Shown one piece after another: positions 43,052-52,530 of a stretch of DNA of 64,000 bases. The notes beneath the pieces are model-generated. The model made no database searches. It saw only the letters and a list, made by a program, of their open reading frames with translations, and was not told the DNA's origin. The DNA lies in the IMG/VR virus record IMGVR_UViG_3300045988_169015, positions 64,001 through 128,000 of that record. The stretch is one strand, 5' to 3'. Positions within the stretch are counted from its first letter, which is position 1, and every line of letters starts with the position of its first letter. A program made the translations under genes and the position numbers. This DNA is from a virus.

Positions 43052-43831
43052 ATGGCTATAATTGGAGCAATTTTAGGAGATATCGCAGGTTCTCAGTTTG
43101 AGTTTACCCGTCCCGATGATCTCGACTGGCAGCACTGCGAACTCTTTACAGATAAATGTCACTTTACAGATGACACAGTAATGACACTGGCAACAAAGAT
43201 GGCAGTGTTTAATAAAGGCTCATTTACAAAATACTACAGGGAATTCGGCAGGCAATATCCCCACGCCGGATATGGTGGAATGTTTCATTGGTGGATAAAA
43301 CACAACGATGAGAGTCCATACGGCAGTTTCGGAAACGGTTCAGCAATGCGATGCTCTTATATTGGAGAACATTACCAGCTTATCCCCGATGTATATGTAT
43401 ATGCAAGAATGTCAGCAGATTGCACCCATAATCACGAAGAAGGTATAAAAGGCGCAGTAGTAACAGCCGTGTGCATAAATCTGGCAAAGAACGGGAAAAG
43501 CAAAGGGGATATTTATGAATACGTGTCAACAGAATATCCTTCAAGCAAATATAAATACGGCATCGACCAGACTCTCGATAGTTACAGAGAGACTTATAAA
43601 TGGGATGTGACTTGTCAGGGCAGTGTGCCGGTAGCTATCAGATGTTTTCTCGAAAGCGAGAGTTATGAGAGTTTCATCAGAAATGTACTGTCACTGCCTT
43701 GCGATACTGATACACTATGTGCGATCGGCGGAGGCATTGCCGAGGAATTCTACCACGGAACAGGTTTCGATGAAGATACACTACTGAGAAGATATCTTGA
43801 CAATAATCTGTATAGGATCGTGAAAATGTGA
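43052..43831 (+). CDS. ADP-ribosylglycohydrolase-family protein
   Basis: N-terminal IIGAILGDIAGSQFEF, plus ...GNGSAMR... and C-terminal CDTDTLCAIGGGIAE. Confidence 0.75.
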   Translation: MAIIGAILGDIAGSQFEFTRPDDLDWQHCELFTDKCHFTDDTVMTLATKMAVFNKGSFTKYYREFGRQYPHAGYGGMFHWWIKHNDESPYGSFGNGSAMRCSYIGEHYQLIPDVYVYARMSADCTHNHEEGIKGAVVTAVCINLAKNGKSKGDIYEYVSTEYPSSKYKYGIDQTLDSYRETYKWDVTCQGSVPVAIRCFLESESYESFIRNVLSLPCDTDTLCAIGGGIAEEFYHGTGFDEDTLLRRYLDNNLYRIVKM

Positions 43832-43873
43832 AAGAAACAAATAATACACTACTATAGTAGGAGATGATTAAAT

Positions 43874-44113
43874 ATGAGCAACTGTCAAAGGCAATATACT
43901 AAAACCGAAGGTCATATACAAGAAGCCTATCAGCACATCAAGCCTTATCTTGACGATGAGACCAGCTGTAAGGCATTACACGATATGTGCCGAAACTGTG
44001 AGAGATGGTGCGGCGAAGACCACGATTATGGCGAATGTGAGAATATGAATTGTTTCAAATTTTATCTCGCATACGAATACTTATGCTGGTGCGAAGCGTG
44101 GGATGAATATTGA
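43874..44113 (+). CDS. hypothetical Cys-rich protein
   Basis: 79-aa ORF with the SD AGGAG. Confidence 0.55.
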   Translation: MSNCQRQYTKTEGHIQEAYQHIKPYLDDETSCKALHDMCRNCERWCGEDHDYGECENMNCFKFYLAYEYLCWCEAWDEY

Positions 44114-44147
44114 TAAGCCGTATCAGTACGCCAACGGAGGTGATTAA

Positions 44148-44258
44148 ATGTTCTGGATAGGTTTTGTAGTTGGGATGTTCGCAGGCAGCTGTGCGCTTGC
44201 TGCTATAGCATGTGTAATTGCATCAAGTGACGAGGAGGATAATAATGAGACACGTTGA
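44148..44258 (+). CDS. small membrane protein (hand-found, 36 aa)
   Basis: The ATG at 44148 follows GGAGGTGA. The product is MFWIGFVVGMFAGSCALAAIACVIASSDEEDNNETR. Confidence 0.4.
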   Translation: MFWIGFVVGMFAGSCALAAIACVIASSDEEDNNETR

Positions 44259-44523
44259 AAATATTGTTATCGGGACGCCTATTGTAGATCCTGCTGAAAT
44301 ATTTGCCGCAACCAGCGACGATTGGATCGGTAGCGAGTCTGAGAAAACATATTATACCGATGAAAGATATTTGCCTAAAATCCTTGTAGAATTAGGCATT
44401 TATCCATCGGTCAGCGAGATAAGGCGCAATAAGCCTGAACTGATTCGAACTTTAGACACCGTGGACTTTATAGAAATAAAGCCTAAGAAGAAAATTCCTT
44501 TATGGATATTGATAGGAAAATAA
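44245..44523 (+). CDS. hypothetical protein
   Basis: The ATG at 44245 follows GGAGG. Confidence 0.55.
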   Translation: MRHVENIVIGTPIVDPAEIFAATSDDWIGSESEKTYYTDERYLPKILVELGIYPSVSEIRRNKPELIRTLDTVDFIEIKPKKKIPLWILIGK

Positions 44524-44525
44524 TA

Positions 44526-44837
44526 ATGATGATGATAACAATTAACTCAAAGAATGATATGACGTTTGGGACAGAATTTTCCACTTGGATAATAGCATTC
44601 TGCCCTGACTCTGACTCATGGTTTGTAACTAATCAGAGATTTTGGTGGTATGAATATCCTATAGAGTTTCAAAGCGAACAAGAGGGTATTTACTACTTTG
44701 TTAGTAATTATCAACTTTTTGACAAATTAGAAAACGAAATGAAAATACAAAGATATGAAAAAGGAACCGTATTTCTTGAAAATACAAGAAGCGTTTATGG
44801 TAAGCCCAAGGAAAATGGAGGTAAAAATGAAAATTAA
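44526..44837 (+). CDS. hypothetical protein
   Basis: The ORF track gives 44502..44837. ATG run at 44526. Confidence 0.55.
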   Translation: MMMITINSKNDMTFGTEFSTWIIAFCPDSDSWFVTNQRFWWYEYPIEFQSEQEGIYYFVSNYQLFDKLENEMKIQRYEKGTVFLENTRSVYGKPKENGGKNEN

Positions 44838-45102
44838 TTACATATTGGCAGGCTGTGTGCTTGCGGTGGGAATGTTGGCAGTAGGAGCAATAGCACTGGG
44901 AATATTTACAGTGCGCAGTAGATCACAAAACAACACCATTGAAAATCCTATGGTAAAAGTATATGAGGATTCTAATAGCACTATTTGGTACGACAAGGAT
45001 ACAATGGTAATGTATTATGAACGTAACTGTACTTATTGCGTCGAAATAACCGTTATGGTCAATGCCGATGGAACTCCGAAGCTGTATAAAGAAGAAAATT
45101 AA
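44827..45102 (+). CDS. membrane-anchored small protein
   Basis: The ATG at 44827 follows GGAGG. The product starts MKINYILAGCVLAVGMLAVGAIALGIF. Confidence 0.55.
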   Translation: MKINYILAGCVLAVGMLAVGAIALGIFTVRSRSQNNTIENPMVKVYEDSNSTIWYDKDTMVMYYERNCTYCVEITVMVNADGTPKLYKEEN

Positions 45103-45108
45103 AGAAAG

Positions 45109-46233
45109 GTGGAAATAACAGTGGCATTATCGGTTTATAAGGATCATTCATTCTTAATTTTTAATCAAGACGATAAGATTTGCAAATATGATTTTGCAAC
45201 AAAGACTACATACGGATGGAGTGGAAGAAAAGTCAATTCGCTTCAAACACAGCTTCGTAATATTTCAATAAAAGAATTAATTGATGCCTGCTCCGATAAA
45301 AATTATGGTTTATTTTTACAGTCTATTATGGAATGGGAAGTAAAGGGCGGATCCAATATTTCAAATATAGGAACAATTTTAGATCGCATTCCTTTATATT
45401 CCAATCTTGAACAATATTACAGCGCAGGAATAACAAATATAAGTAAAAATATGTACGCAATACCCTTTTCCGATATTCCTAAAGGATTAAAAAAGATATG
45501 TAAAGAAAATAATATCTGTTTACAGCAAAACACATATGAATCCTATAAAAAACACGCAGATATATTTAATTTTGCAGCTTCGGAGCAACTTACGTCTCTT
45601 TCGTTTGGAACTATCGTAGAATATATACTTGCTCAACATGATTATCGAAATAATGATTTTTATATTGATTCTTTTATCAGATATAATTATCAGCCTAAAG
45701 CTCTCCTTAGATACATAGACGACCTGATAACTTACGAAGCGTGTAATTTAAATATCATAAGAGAAGTGCTCGATTATGCAACTATGATGTCAAAAATCAG
45801 TCCTAAATTTGATAAATACCCTCGACATTTTCTTACTACTCACGCTATCGCTTGTCGAAACTATAATCGTTTAAAACAGCAGTTTCAAGAAGATCAATTT
45901 GTAGCAAGAATAGATACTACTCTTGAAGACAAAATTGATGGGTATGTATTCATATATCCCAAGAGCTCTCAAGATATTAAAGATGAAGCCGTACAGCAGA
46001 ACAACTGTGTTGCTTCATATATTAGTAGGGTTATATCCGGTGATTGCCATGTCATGTTTATGAGATACGCTGCTACTCCAAATGACAGCTTGGTAACTTT
46101 AGAGATCCGAGACGGTTATATTGTTCAGGCAAAGCAGAGATTTAATGATCCTATTACTAAAGAACAGCAAGAAGCAATCGACAAATGGAACGTGAAGCAT
46201 CAACAGTCCAATATATTGACACAGAGAGGTTAA
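45109..46233 (+). CDS. PcfJ-like protein
   Basis: The C-terminal block QQNNCVASYISRVISGDCHVMFMRY....SLVTLEIRDGYIVQAKQRFN resembles the PcfJ core. Confidence 0.55.
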   Translation: MEITVALSVYKDHSFLIFNQDDKICKYDFATKTTYGWSGRKVNSLQTQLRNISIKELIDACSDKNYGLFLQSIMEWEVKGGSNISNIGTILDRIPLYSNLEQYYSAGITNISKNMYAIPFSDIPKGLKKICKENNICLQQNTYESYKKHADIFNFAASEQLTSLSFGTIVEYILAQHDYRNNDFYIDSFIRYNYQPKALLRYIDDLITYEACNLNIIREVLDYATMMSKISPKFDKYPRHFLTTHAIACRNYNRLKQQFQEDQFVARIDTTLEDKIDGYVFIYPKSSQDIKDEAVQQNNCVASYISRVISGDCHVMFMRYAATPNDSLVTLEIRDGYIVQAKQRFNDPITKEQQEAIDKWNVKHQQSNILTQRG

Positions 46234-46239
46234 ACAATA

Positions 46240-46500
46240 ATGAACGAGATAACAATATGTGATACTTTAATCGGTATCAAGGAGTACAAAGGACAGCGTG
46301 TTGTGACATTCAAGGATATTGACGCCGTACATGGCATTCGTACATGTAGTATTGTTTATGGAATAATAGGTACTAAAGCGAGCTGGAGCCAGCTTATGAG
46401 AAGATGTGGCGCAAGAACCAAGAATGAAGTTATTCTTGCTCGCCCTGATAAATATGAGCTTTTCTGCGAATGTATAGAAAAACTGATGAATGAAATATAA
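46240..46500 (+). CDS. ORF6N/KilA-N-like DNA-binding protein
   Basis: IKEYKGQRVVTFKDIDAVHG pattern. Confidence 0.45.
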   Translation: MNEITICDTLIGIKEYKGQRVVTFKDIDAVHGIRTCSIVYGIIGTKASWSQLMRRCGARTKNEVILARPDKYELFCECIEKLMNEI

Positions 46501-46521
46501 GTATAGAAAGGATAATAGTAA

Positions 46522-47163
46522 ATGTATTACATAGGCACAGGCAATAAGTACATTGCCACTAAATCTGATGGATATATGTTTGTAACAGAAGATCTCAGCA
46601 AAGCAAGAAGATATTCTACTGTTCAGAGAGCAGGACAGGCTCTTGTATCGCTACCTCGTAGATTCTACAATATTAGCACTCAGTGGTCTGTAAGACAGGA
46701 TATTGTAGAAGATAATGAGCTACAGGGAGAGATTCAGAGCAAGACAGAACAGCAAACAGTGGATCGTGAGCCTGATGAAACAGTCGATGTCATAGAAACA
46801 TTTGATAATGATGAGATTGATTATCTTACATTATTTGATGAAATGGCTGAGCTTAAAGCAAGAAAGAACGGATGTTTATCGAAGCTTCAGGGGAGATTAT
46901 CTGAAATAAATGAGGAAATAACAGACATAGAACATCTGATTGAGTTTAGCAAGTTTAACGTGTCTGATGCTTATGCTGCCTATAAGATGCTGAGAGATAC
47001 ACTGCAGGAGAGACGTAAGATCAAAGATAACATAGTGGCCGTGAAAAGCTTGTATGACAACTGTAATGTAAATAAGTTAGCCGAAGATCATAAGCAGCTT
47101 GAGAATAGAGTCTACAAGCCAAGAAGACTGACCAAGTTGTTTGATGAAATCAGTGACAAATAA
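46522..47163 (+). CDS. hypothetical coiled-coil protein
   Basis: 213-aa ORF. Confidence 0.65.
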   Translation: MYYIGTGNKYIATKSDGYMFVTEDLSKARRYSTVQRAGQALVSLPRRFYNISTQWSVRQDIVEDNELQGEIQSKTEQQTVDREPDETVDVIETFDNDEIDYLTLFDEMAELKARKNGCLSKLQGRLSEINEEITDIEHLIEFSKFNVSDAYAAYKMLRDTLQERRKIKDNIVAVKSLYDNCNVNKLAEDHKQLENRVYKPRRLTKLFDEISDK

Positions 47164-47401
47164 ACTACTTTGCAGCAGGAAACAAGTTGCAGTAGGAATA
47201 CAGCGTAATGAACTTACGTTCATTCCACTGGTCGTGACGTTTCACGTCCCGACTCTTAAAAATTCCCTTTTCTCCTAACGACAAGAGAGGAAGTGATTCC
47301 GATGTGGTAGCTGATCGTATGAAGTAAGGTATAAAGAACAATGTAATTTTGCCTCAAAAAAGTGCCTTTTTGCCTGTTCCTGCCTAACAAAAACGCAATT
47401 T

Positions 47402-47455
47402 TAAAAAGGCTCAAATTTGACGAGAAATCGGGCAAAAAAGGCTCAAATTTGACGA
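47402..47455 (+). repeat. two 22-bp direct repeats (iteron-like)
   Basis: AAAAAGGCTCAAATTTGACGAG occurs at 47402-47423 and 47434-47455, upstream of Rep-like paralog 2. Confidence 0.7.
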
Positions 47456-47542
47456 GGTGAATCTGTCCATGATTATTGAGGAGGGATTTTTATAGGATCG
47501 TATATAGATGCAAACACAGGAGAAATATTTGATGATGCAACA

Positions 47543-48427
47543 TTGATCACCAAAGAACAGAAAGAAGTCAGAAAACAATATGCTGAAAACAATGAGCAGG
47601 TAGAATGTTTTAAATATCTGACAAAAAAAGAGCAGTTTGTCATGTACTTATTTAATATTCATAAGTCTATGACGGACTTGTCTCCTCAAACGGCAATCAG
47701 ATTGGTATATCTTTCAACGTTTTTGGAATATGATGGGAAGTTCCTGAAATCAAATGGAAAATATATAACCCGAGAAAAGATGCAAAATTTGATGGTGTTA
47801 AAGCCGGCAACATTTAAAAGATTTTTAGCTGAAGTAGTATCAGCAGGATATTTGATCAAAGAGAAAAAGCTTTACAGACTTAATACCGACCATTTTTACA
47901 GAGGAGAGCTTTCGATAGATTCGTCTGACAAGAAGCAGAGATACGTTCGTGTTTACATAAATAATTTGAGGAAATTATATTTGTCCGTCCCCCAGAACAA
48001 GCACGTATATCTTGGGTATATATTTCAGCTTATTCCCTACATAAATCGTGAATGGAATGTAATTTGTTATAACCCTGAAGAAACAGATGAAGATGCAATA
48101 ATCCCTATGAGCGTTGGAGATTTTTGTGAATTGGTAGGATATGACAGAACTAATGCGGCTCGTTTCATGAGAGAATATCGAGACATTAAGTTTGATTGGA
48201 ACGGTTATAATCAAAGTTTCTTAGGATATTTTTATAATTATGAAGATGATAAAGCCGACATGAGGTTCTTTGCCAATCCGAATATCTTCTTTGCAGGACA
48301 TGATTATAATCGTGTAAAAATACTGAAAATAGTCTTCACGCAAAAAAAAGATTATATAGAACCTACGCCGGATCCTATTCAGTTTGTAGATGATTTTGAT
48401 TGTCCGGATAGATGGGATCTTTATTAA
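47543..48427 (+). CDS. replication initiator/replisome-organizer-like protein (paralog 2)
   Basis: See 33438..34250. The reading frame is open from 47480, and a strong SD (GAGGAGGG) sits at 47478-47485, so the real start may be a non-canonical codon near 47492. Confidence 0.55.
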   Translation: MITKEQKEVRKQYAENNEQVECFKYLTKKEQFVMYLFNIHKSMTDLSPQTAIRLVYLSTFLEYDGKFLKSNGKYITREKMQNLMVLKPATFKRFLAEVVSAGYLIKEKKLYRLNTDHFYRGELSIDSSDKKQRYVRVYINNLRKLYLSVPQNKHVYLGYIFQLIPYINREWNVICYNPEETDEDAIIPMSVGDFCELVGYDRTNAARFMREYRDIKFDWNGYNQSFLGYFYNYEDDKADMRFFANPNIFFAGHDYNRVKILKIVFTQKKDYIEPTPDPIQFVDDFDCPDRWDLY

Positions 48428-48462
48428 GGCTTGCTGAACATATTAGAAAGGAGATAAACATC

Positions 48463-48633
48463 TTGGAAACATCACCATGTAAAGACTGTTCTGAGCGCTG
48501 TTATAATTGTCATTCTGCTTGTGGTAAGTATCAGAAATATTCTGCTAAAAGGAAGACTATATTGGCAAGGACTCGTTCAGAAGACCTTCGGGCATACTAT
48601 TGTGAAAAATATGCTCGTATAGGGAAAAGGTAA
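48463..48633 (+). CDS. small Cys-rich protein
   Basis: The TTG at 48463 follows AGAAAGGAGA. CKDCSERCYNCHSACGK. Confidence 0.5.
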   Translation: METSPCKDCSERCYNCHSACGKYQKYSAKRKTILARTRSEDLRAYYCEKYARIGKR

Positions 48634-48732
48634 AAGGAGGTTATTTCTCTGTCAAAACAAAAGACATATCAGAAGTACATTTTTAAGCTACGTAGTGGCA
48701 GGATATTATCTGCCCCTCGTAAGAGCTTAACT

Positions 48733-51435
48733 TTGTCTCTGGAAGACGCCAGACGTAATGACGAAATAATTGCTCTGGGAGATCGTGAAGTTATGCGCTT
48801 CATCGATGAAATTAACGGACTCGATGTTCAGGCAACAGAAGAAAAAATCAAAACCATTCGGCGTGAGATACGAAGCATACAAAAAATGCCCAAATCACTG
48901 GCAAATAAACGCCGCATAAAAGCACTATATTCTGAGTTGGATCGGCTTCAATTTAAACCTGATTATGTTGCGGTCATAATGGATAGAATGTCAGATTTTA
49001 AAAAGTTAAATACAGGATTTAAGATTAACGGATTGTCTTATAAGAGATTGATAGGAACGACCAATGGTGTAAAGAAATCTACGATAATATATGCAAGCGA
49101 GATATCTAATCAAGGGAAAATAATACATAAAGAGCTTGCCCGTAGACTTGATAACGACAGAGACCTTAGTATCAAACTGGTTCCTGCAAAATTCGAGGCT
49201 TATAAATCACTTTCATGCAGTACGTCTACTCCGGTTTCGATGCCTAAAGGTATTCTTGTGGTAGATGATGTTTTTACTCATTTTCGTGAAAGGGTAATAA
49301 ATCTTGATGATGTTAACAGTAATGAGCCGGTAATGACTGTTGCGGAGCAGGAAGTGGAGTTAAATACTAATGATGGATACGGACTTATTTGTCCTGCTTT
49401 AGCTGAAAAATGGAGCTCCGAAATGGGAGAGCATTATCTTGTATCTGGGTTCTGTACAAGAAATGCCTTTTTCAAAGGAATGATGTTTACTTTTGATTTT
49501 CATAGTTTTTGCGAAGAATATGGTGGAAACAAGATAATCAAAGATGTATGGGGAAATAAACATAATCTCGACGATATTGAGATGATAACAACTCCATCGA
49601 TGCTTAAACTTTGGGACTCGTATAAGAGTATAGATGATTACATAGAAAAAAGCACGGGTAATCATTACGGGTTTGCGATAACTAAAGCTTTACCTGAGAA
49701 ACTTGAAAGTGAAAGAAATCTTAATTATCAGTTTATTCAAAGTTACGAGCTAAATGATAAACAGATTGAAGAGCTTATCTCCCCTACCGTATCAGAGATT
49801 AAAGACGTTATCAGCGGAGATGTGAATAAGACGATTTTGTTTCTTAAAGGTATGGGCTTAACTGCAGATAATATCAATTCTGTCGAAAATGATTTCGCTA
49901 AGGCAATAATGATAGACCCTCGAATGCTTAAGGACAATTACGTAATAAACAGACTCAACTATATGCTCAAGAAAAAAATTGATGAGGCTAAGATCGGCGT
50001 ACTTAAAATACATGGTAATTATGCGACAATTTCGGGAGATCCTGTTGCTTTATGTCAAAAAACATTCGGTATCGAAACAGATGAGAGTAAGCTGGGGCTG
50101 TTAAATGCCGGGGAAATTTATTCGGAGTATTGGGCGGATCTCGGAGTGAAAGAAATTGTGTGCTTTAGGGCTCCTATGTCGGCGGCAAATAATATAAGAA
50201 GAATGAAGATAGCTGACAACCCTGAAATACGTCGATGGTATAAATATATACACGTTGTAAACGTGTTAAATGCTCACGACTCGTTCTGCCATGCGCTGAA
50301 TGGGTGTGACTTTGATGGAGACGCATTGATAACAACAGATAATAAAGTCCTTCTTGAGAACACAAGAGATTTACCTGCAATAATGTGTGCTCAAAGAAAA
50401 GCAGAAAAAAAGATCATAACCGAAGAATTACTCGTAGAAGCTAATCAAAACAGCTTTGGCGATGAAATAGGTACGACAACTAATCACATAACAGCTATGT
50501 ATGATCTCTTGCCTTTGTTTGATAAGAATAGCGAAGAGTACAAGACGCTGGAATATAGGATAATGTGTGGACAGTTATACCAGCAGAATTGTATAGATCG
50601 TACAAAAGGCATAATCTCCAAACCTATGCCTGATTATTGGTATAATATGTCCAAAAACAAAGTCAAAGATAATAGCACACCTGAAGAAACATTGAAAAAG
50701 AAATTCAACTCTTCTATCTGTGCAAATAAAAAGCCATATTTCACGAATTATATATATCCGGACCAGATGACCGAATACAATCAATATATAAAAAGCACGA
50801 ATCAAAAATGCAGAATGCTTTATCAGATGGATATTGCGGAGTTAGAAGCTCTGCCCGAGAAGACAGAAGAGCAAAACGACTTTCTTCATTGGTATTATTT
50901 GTTACTGCCCGTAAGTGATAATAGTTCGACGATGAATAAAATTTGTCATAAAATAGAACAGGAATTTGATGGATATATATCATCTGTAAAGTCATCGTCT
51001 GATTTCGATTATAGTATAATGAAAAGCGGTGTAGAATATAGCAAATACGATTATACAAAAATCAAACAACTGTATGACGAATACTTAAAAAGAACAGTCG
51101 ATTTTCAAATTAGATCGAAACAGCAAAGATTAGATAAGGAAGAAACATCTATTCAATTTTTAGTGATGAGGGATGAGTTCAAGAGGGAATGTCAAGCTAT
51201 TTGCCCTAATGAATGCGAATTGTGTGATATTATCCTTGATATGTGCTACAAGTCCTCACATTCTAAGCAGTTTGCATGGGAAATATGTGTAGATACGATT
51301 ATTCATAATCTTCTTGCTAAAAATAATAATGAAATCTCATATGTATATAAAGATAAAGACGGTGAGATTATTTATTGTGGAGAAAATTTCAGCGTTGGGA
51401 AAGCAAAGGTGGAGACGAAGAATGATAATACTTAA
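48733..51435 (+). CDS. candidate single-subunit two-barrel RNA polymerase (YonO / RdRP-like, DbDGD motif)
   Basis: The motif NGCDFDGDALI is encoded at 50308-50322, preceded by CFRAPMSAANNIRRMKIA. The frame is open from 48634 with AAAGGAGG at 48633-48640, so the true start may be CTG at 48649. Confidence 0.55.
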   Translation: MSLEDARRNDEIIALGDREVMRFIDEINGLDVQATEEKIKTIRREIRSIQKMPKSLANKRRIKALYSELDRLQFKPDYVAVIMDRMSDFKKLNTGFKINGLSYKRLIGTTNGVKKSTIIYASEISNQGKIIHKELARRLDNDRDLSIKLVPAKFEAYKSLSCSTSTPVSMPKGILVVDDVFTHFRERVINLDDVNSNEPVMTVAEQEVELNTNDGYGLICPALAEKWSSEMGEHYLVSGFCTRNAFFKGMMFTFDFHSFCEEYGGNKIIKDVWGNKHNLDDIEMITTPSMLKLWDSYKSIDDYIEKSTGNHYGFAITKALPEKLESERNLNYQFIQSYELNDKQIEELISPTVSEIKDVISGDVNKTILFLKGMGLTADNINSVENDFAKAIMIDPRMLKDNYVINRLNYMLKKKIDEAKIGVLKIHGNYATISGDPVALCQKTFGIETDESKLGLLNAGEIYSEYWADLGVKEIVCFRAPMSAANNIRRMKIADNPEIRRWYKYIHVVNVLNAHDSFCHALNGCDFDGDALITTDNKVLLENTRDLPAIMCAQRKAEKKIITEELLVEANQNSFGDEIGTTTNHITAMYDLLPLFDKNSEEYKTLEYRIMCGQLYQQNCIDRTKGIISKPMPDYWYNMSKNKVKDNSTPEETLKKKFNSSICANKKPYFTNYIYPDQMTEYNQYIKSTNQKCRMLYQMDIAELEALPEKTEEQNDFLHWYYLLLPVSDNSSTMNKICHKIEQEFDGYISSVKSSSDFDYSIMKSGVEYSKYDYTKIKQLYDEYLKRTVDFQIRSKQQRLDKEETSIQFLVMRDEFKRECQAICPNECELCDIILDMCYKSSHSKQFAWEICVDTIIHNLLAKNNNEISYVYKDKDGEIIYCGENFSVGKAKVETKNDNT

Positions 51436-52174
51436 TGAACGTGCAGAAGCAGAAAGAATCATTGAGACGGGGAACATTGGAGAGAAGCCTTCTGAGACCC
51501 TATTACTGCTTGCAAGATACTATTATAATGTTGAAAAGCTCACGGGTAAAAAAATATATAATAAGCTGAATGAGTTTATGCAAAATAATTATCCTAAGTA
51601 TGATTCGAAATTATGGGAGAATACTTTACAGAACAAAGTGAAAAAGGCAGATAAATACCCTCTTACAGAGATAAACGAAGTCGTTATTACGAGGGCGGAA
51701 ATGGAAACTATAAAAAATCTAAAATCTCCACCTCTCGAAAGACTTGCGTTTACGTTGTTGTGTCTTGCGAAATTCGGAGATAAAAGAAATATAAACAACA
51801 ATGGTTGGGTTTGTCGTTCTCATGATGAAATATTCAAAATCGCTGCTGTACCAGCTACTATCAAAAAACAAGCAGCAATGCTGAATAGTTTATATCGAGC
51901 CGGATTGATTGGGTTCAGCATGAAAGTTACTAATACAAACATTCAGGTTCTATATATTCAGGAAGAATCGTATATGGCGATAAGAATATCTGATTTCAGG
52001 GAGCTTGGACATGAATACATGAATTACTTAGGCAAGCATAAGTATATCAGATGTGCAGAGTGTGGGCGCTTGACAAAGTGTAAAGGGAATGCCCGCACAA
52101 AATACTGTAAGAACTGTAGTGTGAAAGTAAATATTGAACAGACAAGAATGCGCAAATTGCAAGATAAAGTTTGA
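51422..52174 (+). CDS. hypothetical DNA-binding protein with a C-terminal zinc ribbon
   Basis: The ATG at 51422 follows GGAG. RCAECGR...CKNCS. Confidence 0.6.
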   Translation: MIILNERAEAERIIETGNIGEKPSETLLLLARYYYNVEKLTGKKIYNKLNEFMQNNYPKYDSKLWENTLQNKVKKADKYPLTEINEVVITRAEMETIKNLKSPPLERLAFTLLCLAKFGDKRNINNNGWVCRSHDEIFKIAAVPATIKKQAAMLNSLYRAGLIGFSMKVTNTNIQVLYIQEESYMAIRISDFRELGHEYMNYLGKHKYIRCAECGRLTKCKGNARTKYCKNCSVKVNIEQTRMRKLQDKV

Positions 52175-52203
52175 TATTCAAGTTGATTTGTAATAGTAAA
52201 TTG

Positions 52204-52250
52204 AACACGCTCGAATGGCTATAATACGTTATTTGAGCGTGTTTTTCTTT
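52204..52250 (+). terminator. intrinsic terminator
   Basis: AACACGCTCGAA ... TTTGAGCGTGTT (12-bp stem with one G-U pair) followed by TTTCTTTCGTTTTT. Confidence 0.65.
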
Positions 52251-52329
52251 CGTTTTTGATTGTTGTTTATATAGTAGGAATTTATGCCTTCGGTGGTACC
52301 GAGACTTTTCCTAAAATACGAGTAAAAGG

Positions 52330-52527
52330 ATGAACAAAATGATACAAATCAGTAAAGACGAATATTTATTTATCTGCAAGCATGTGCGTGACCCTTATAT
52401 TACCATCTGTTCGAAGCGTAAACATGGAGCAAAGGGAAGTAGAATGAGCGGCAAGACATATTATTGTCCTGAAAGCAACAGATATCTCGGACTCATCAGA
52501 GAATATCGCAATATACGTGAGGGCTAA
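52330..52527 (+). CDS. hypothetical basic protein
   Basis: 65-aa ORF. The ATG at 52339 has better SD spacing. Confidence 0.5.
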   Translation: MNKMIQISKDEYLFICKHVRDPYITICSKRKHGAKGSRMSGKTYYCPESNRYLGLIREYRNIREG

Positions 52528-52530
52528 AGC

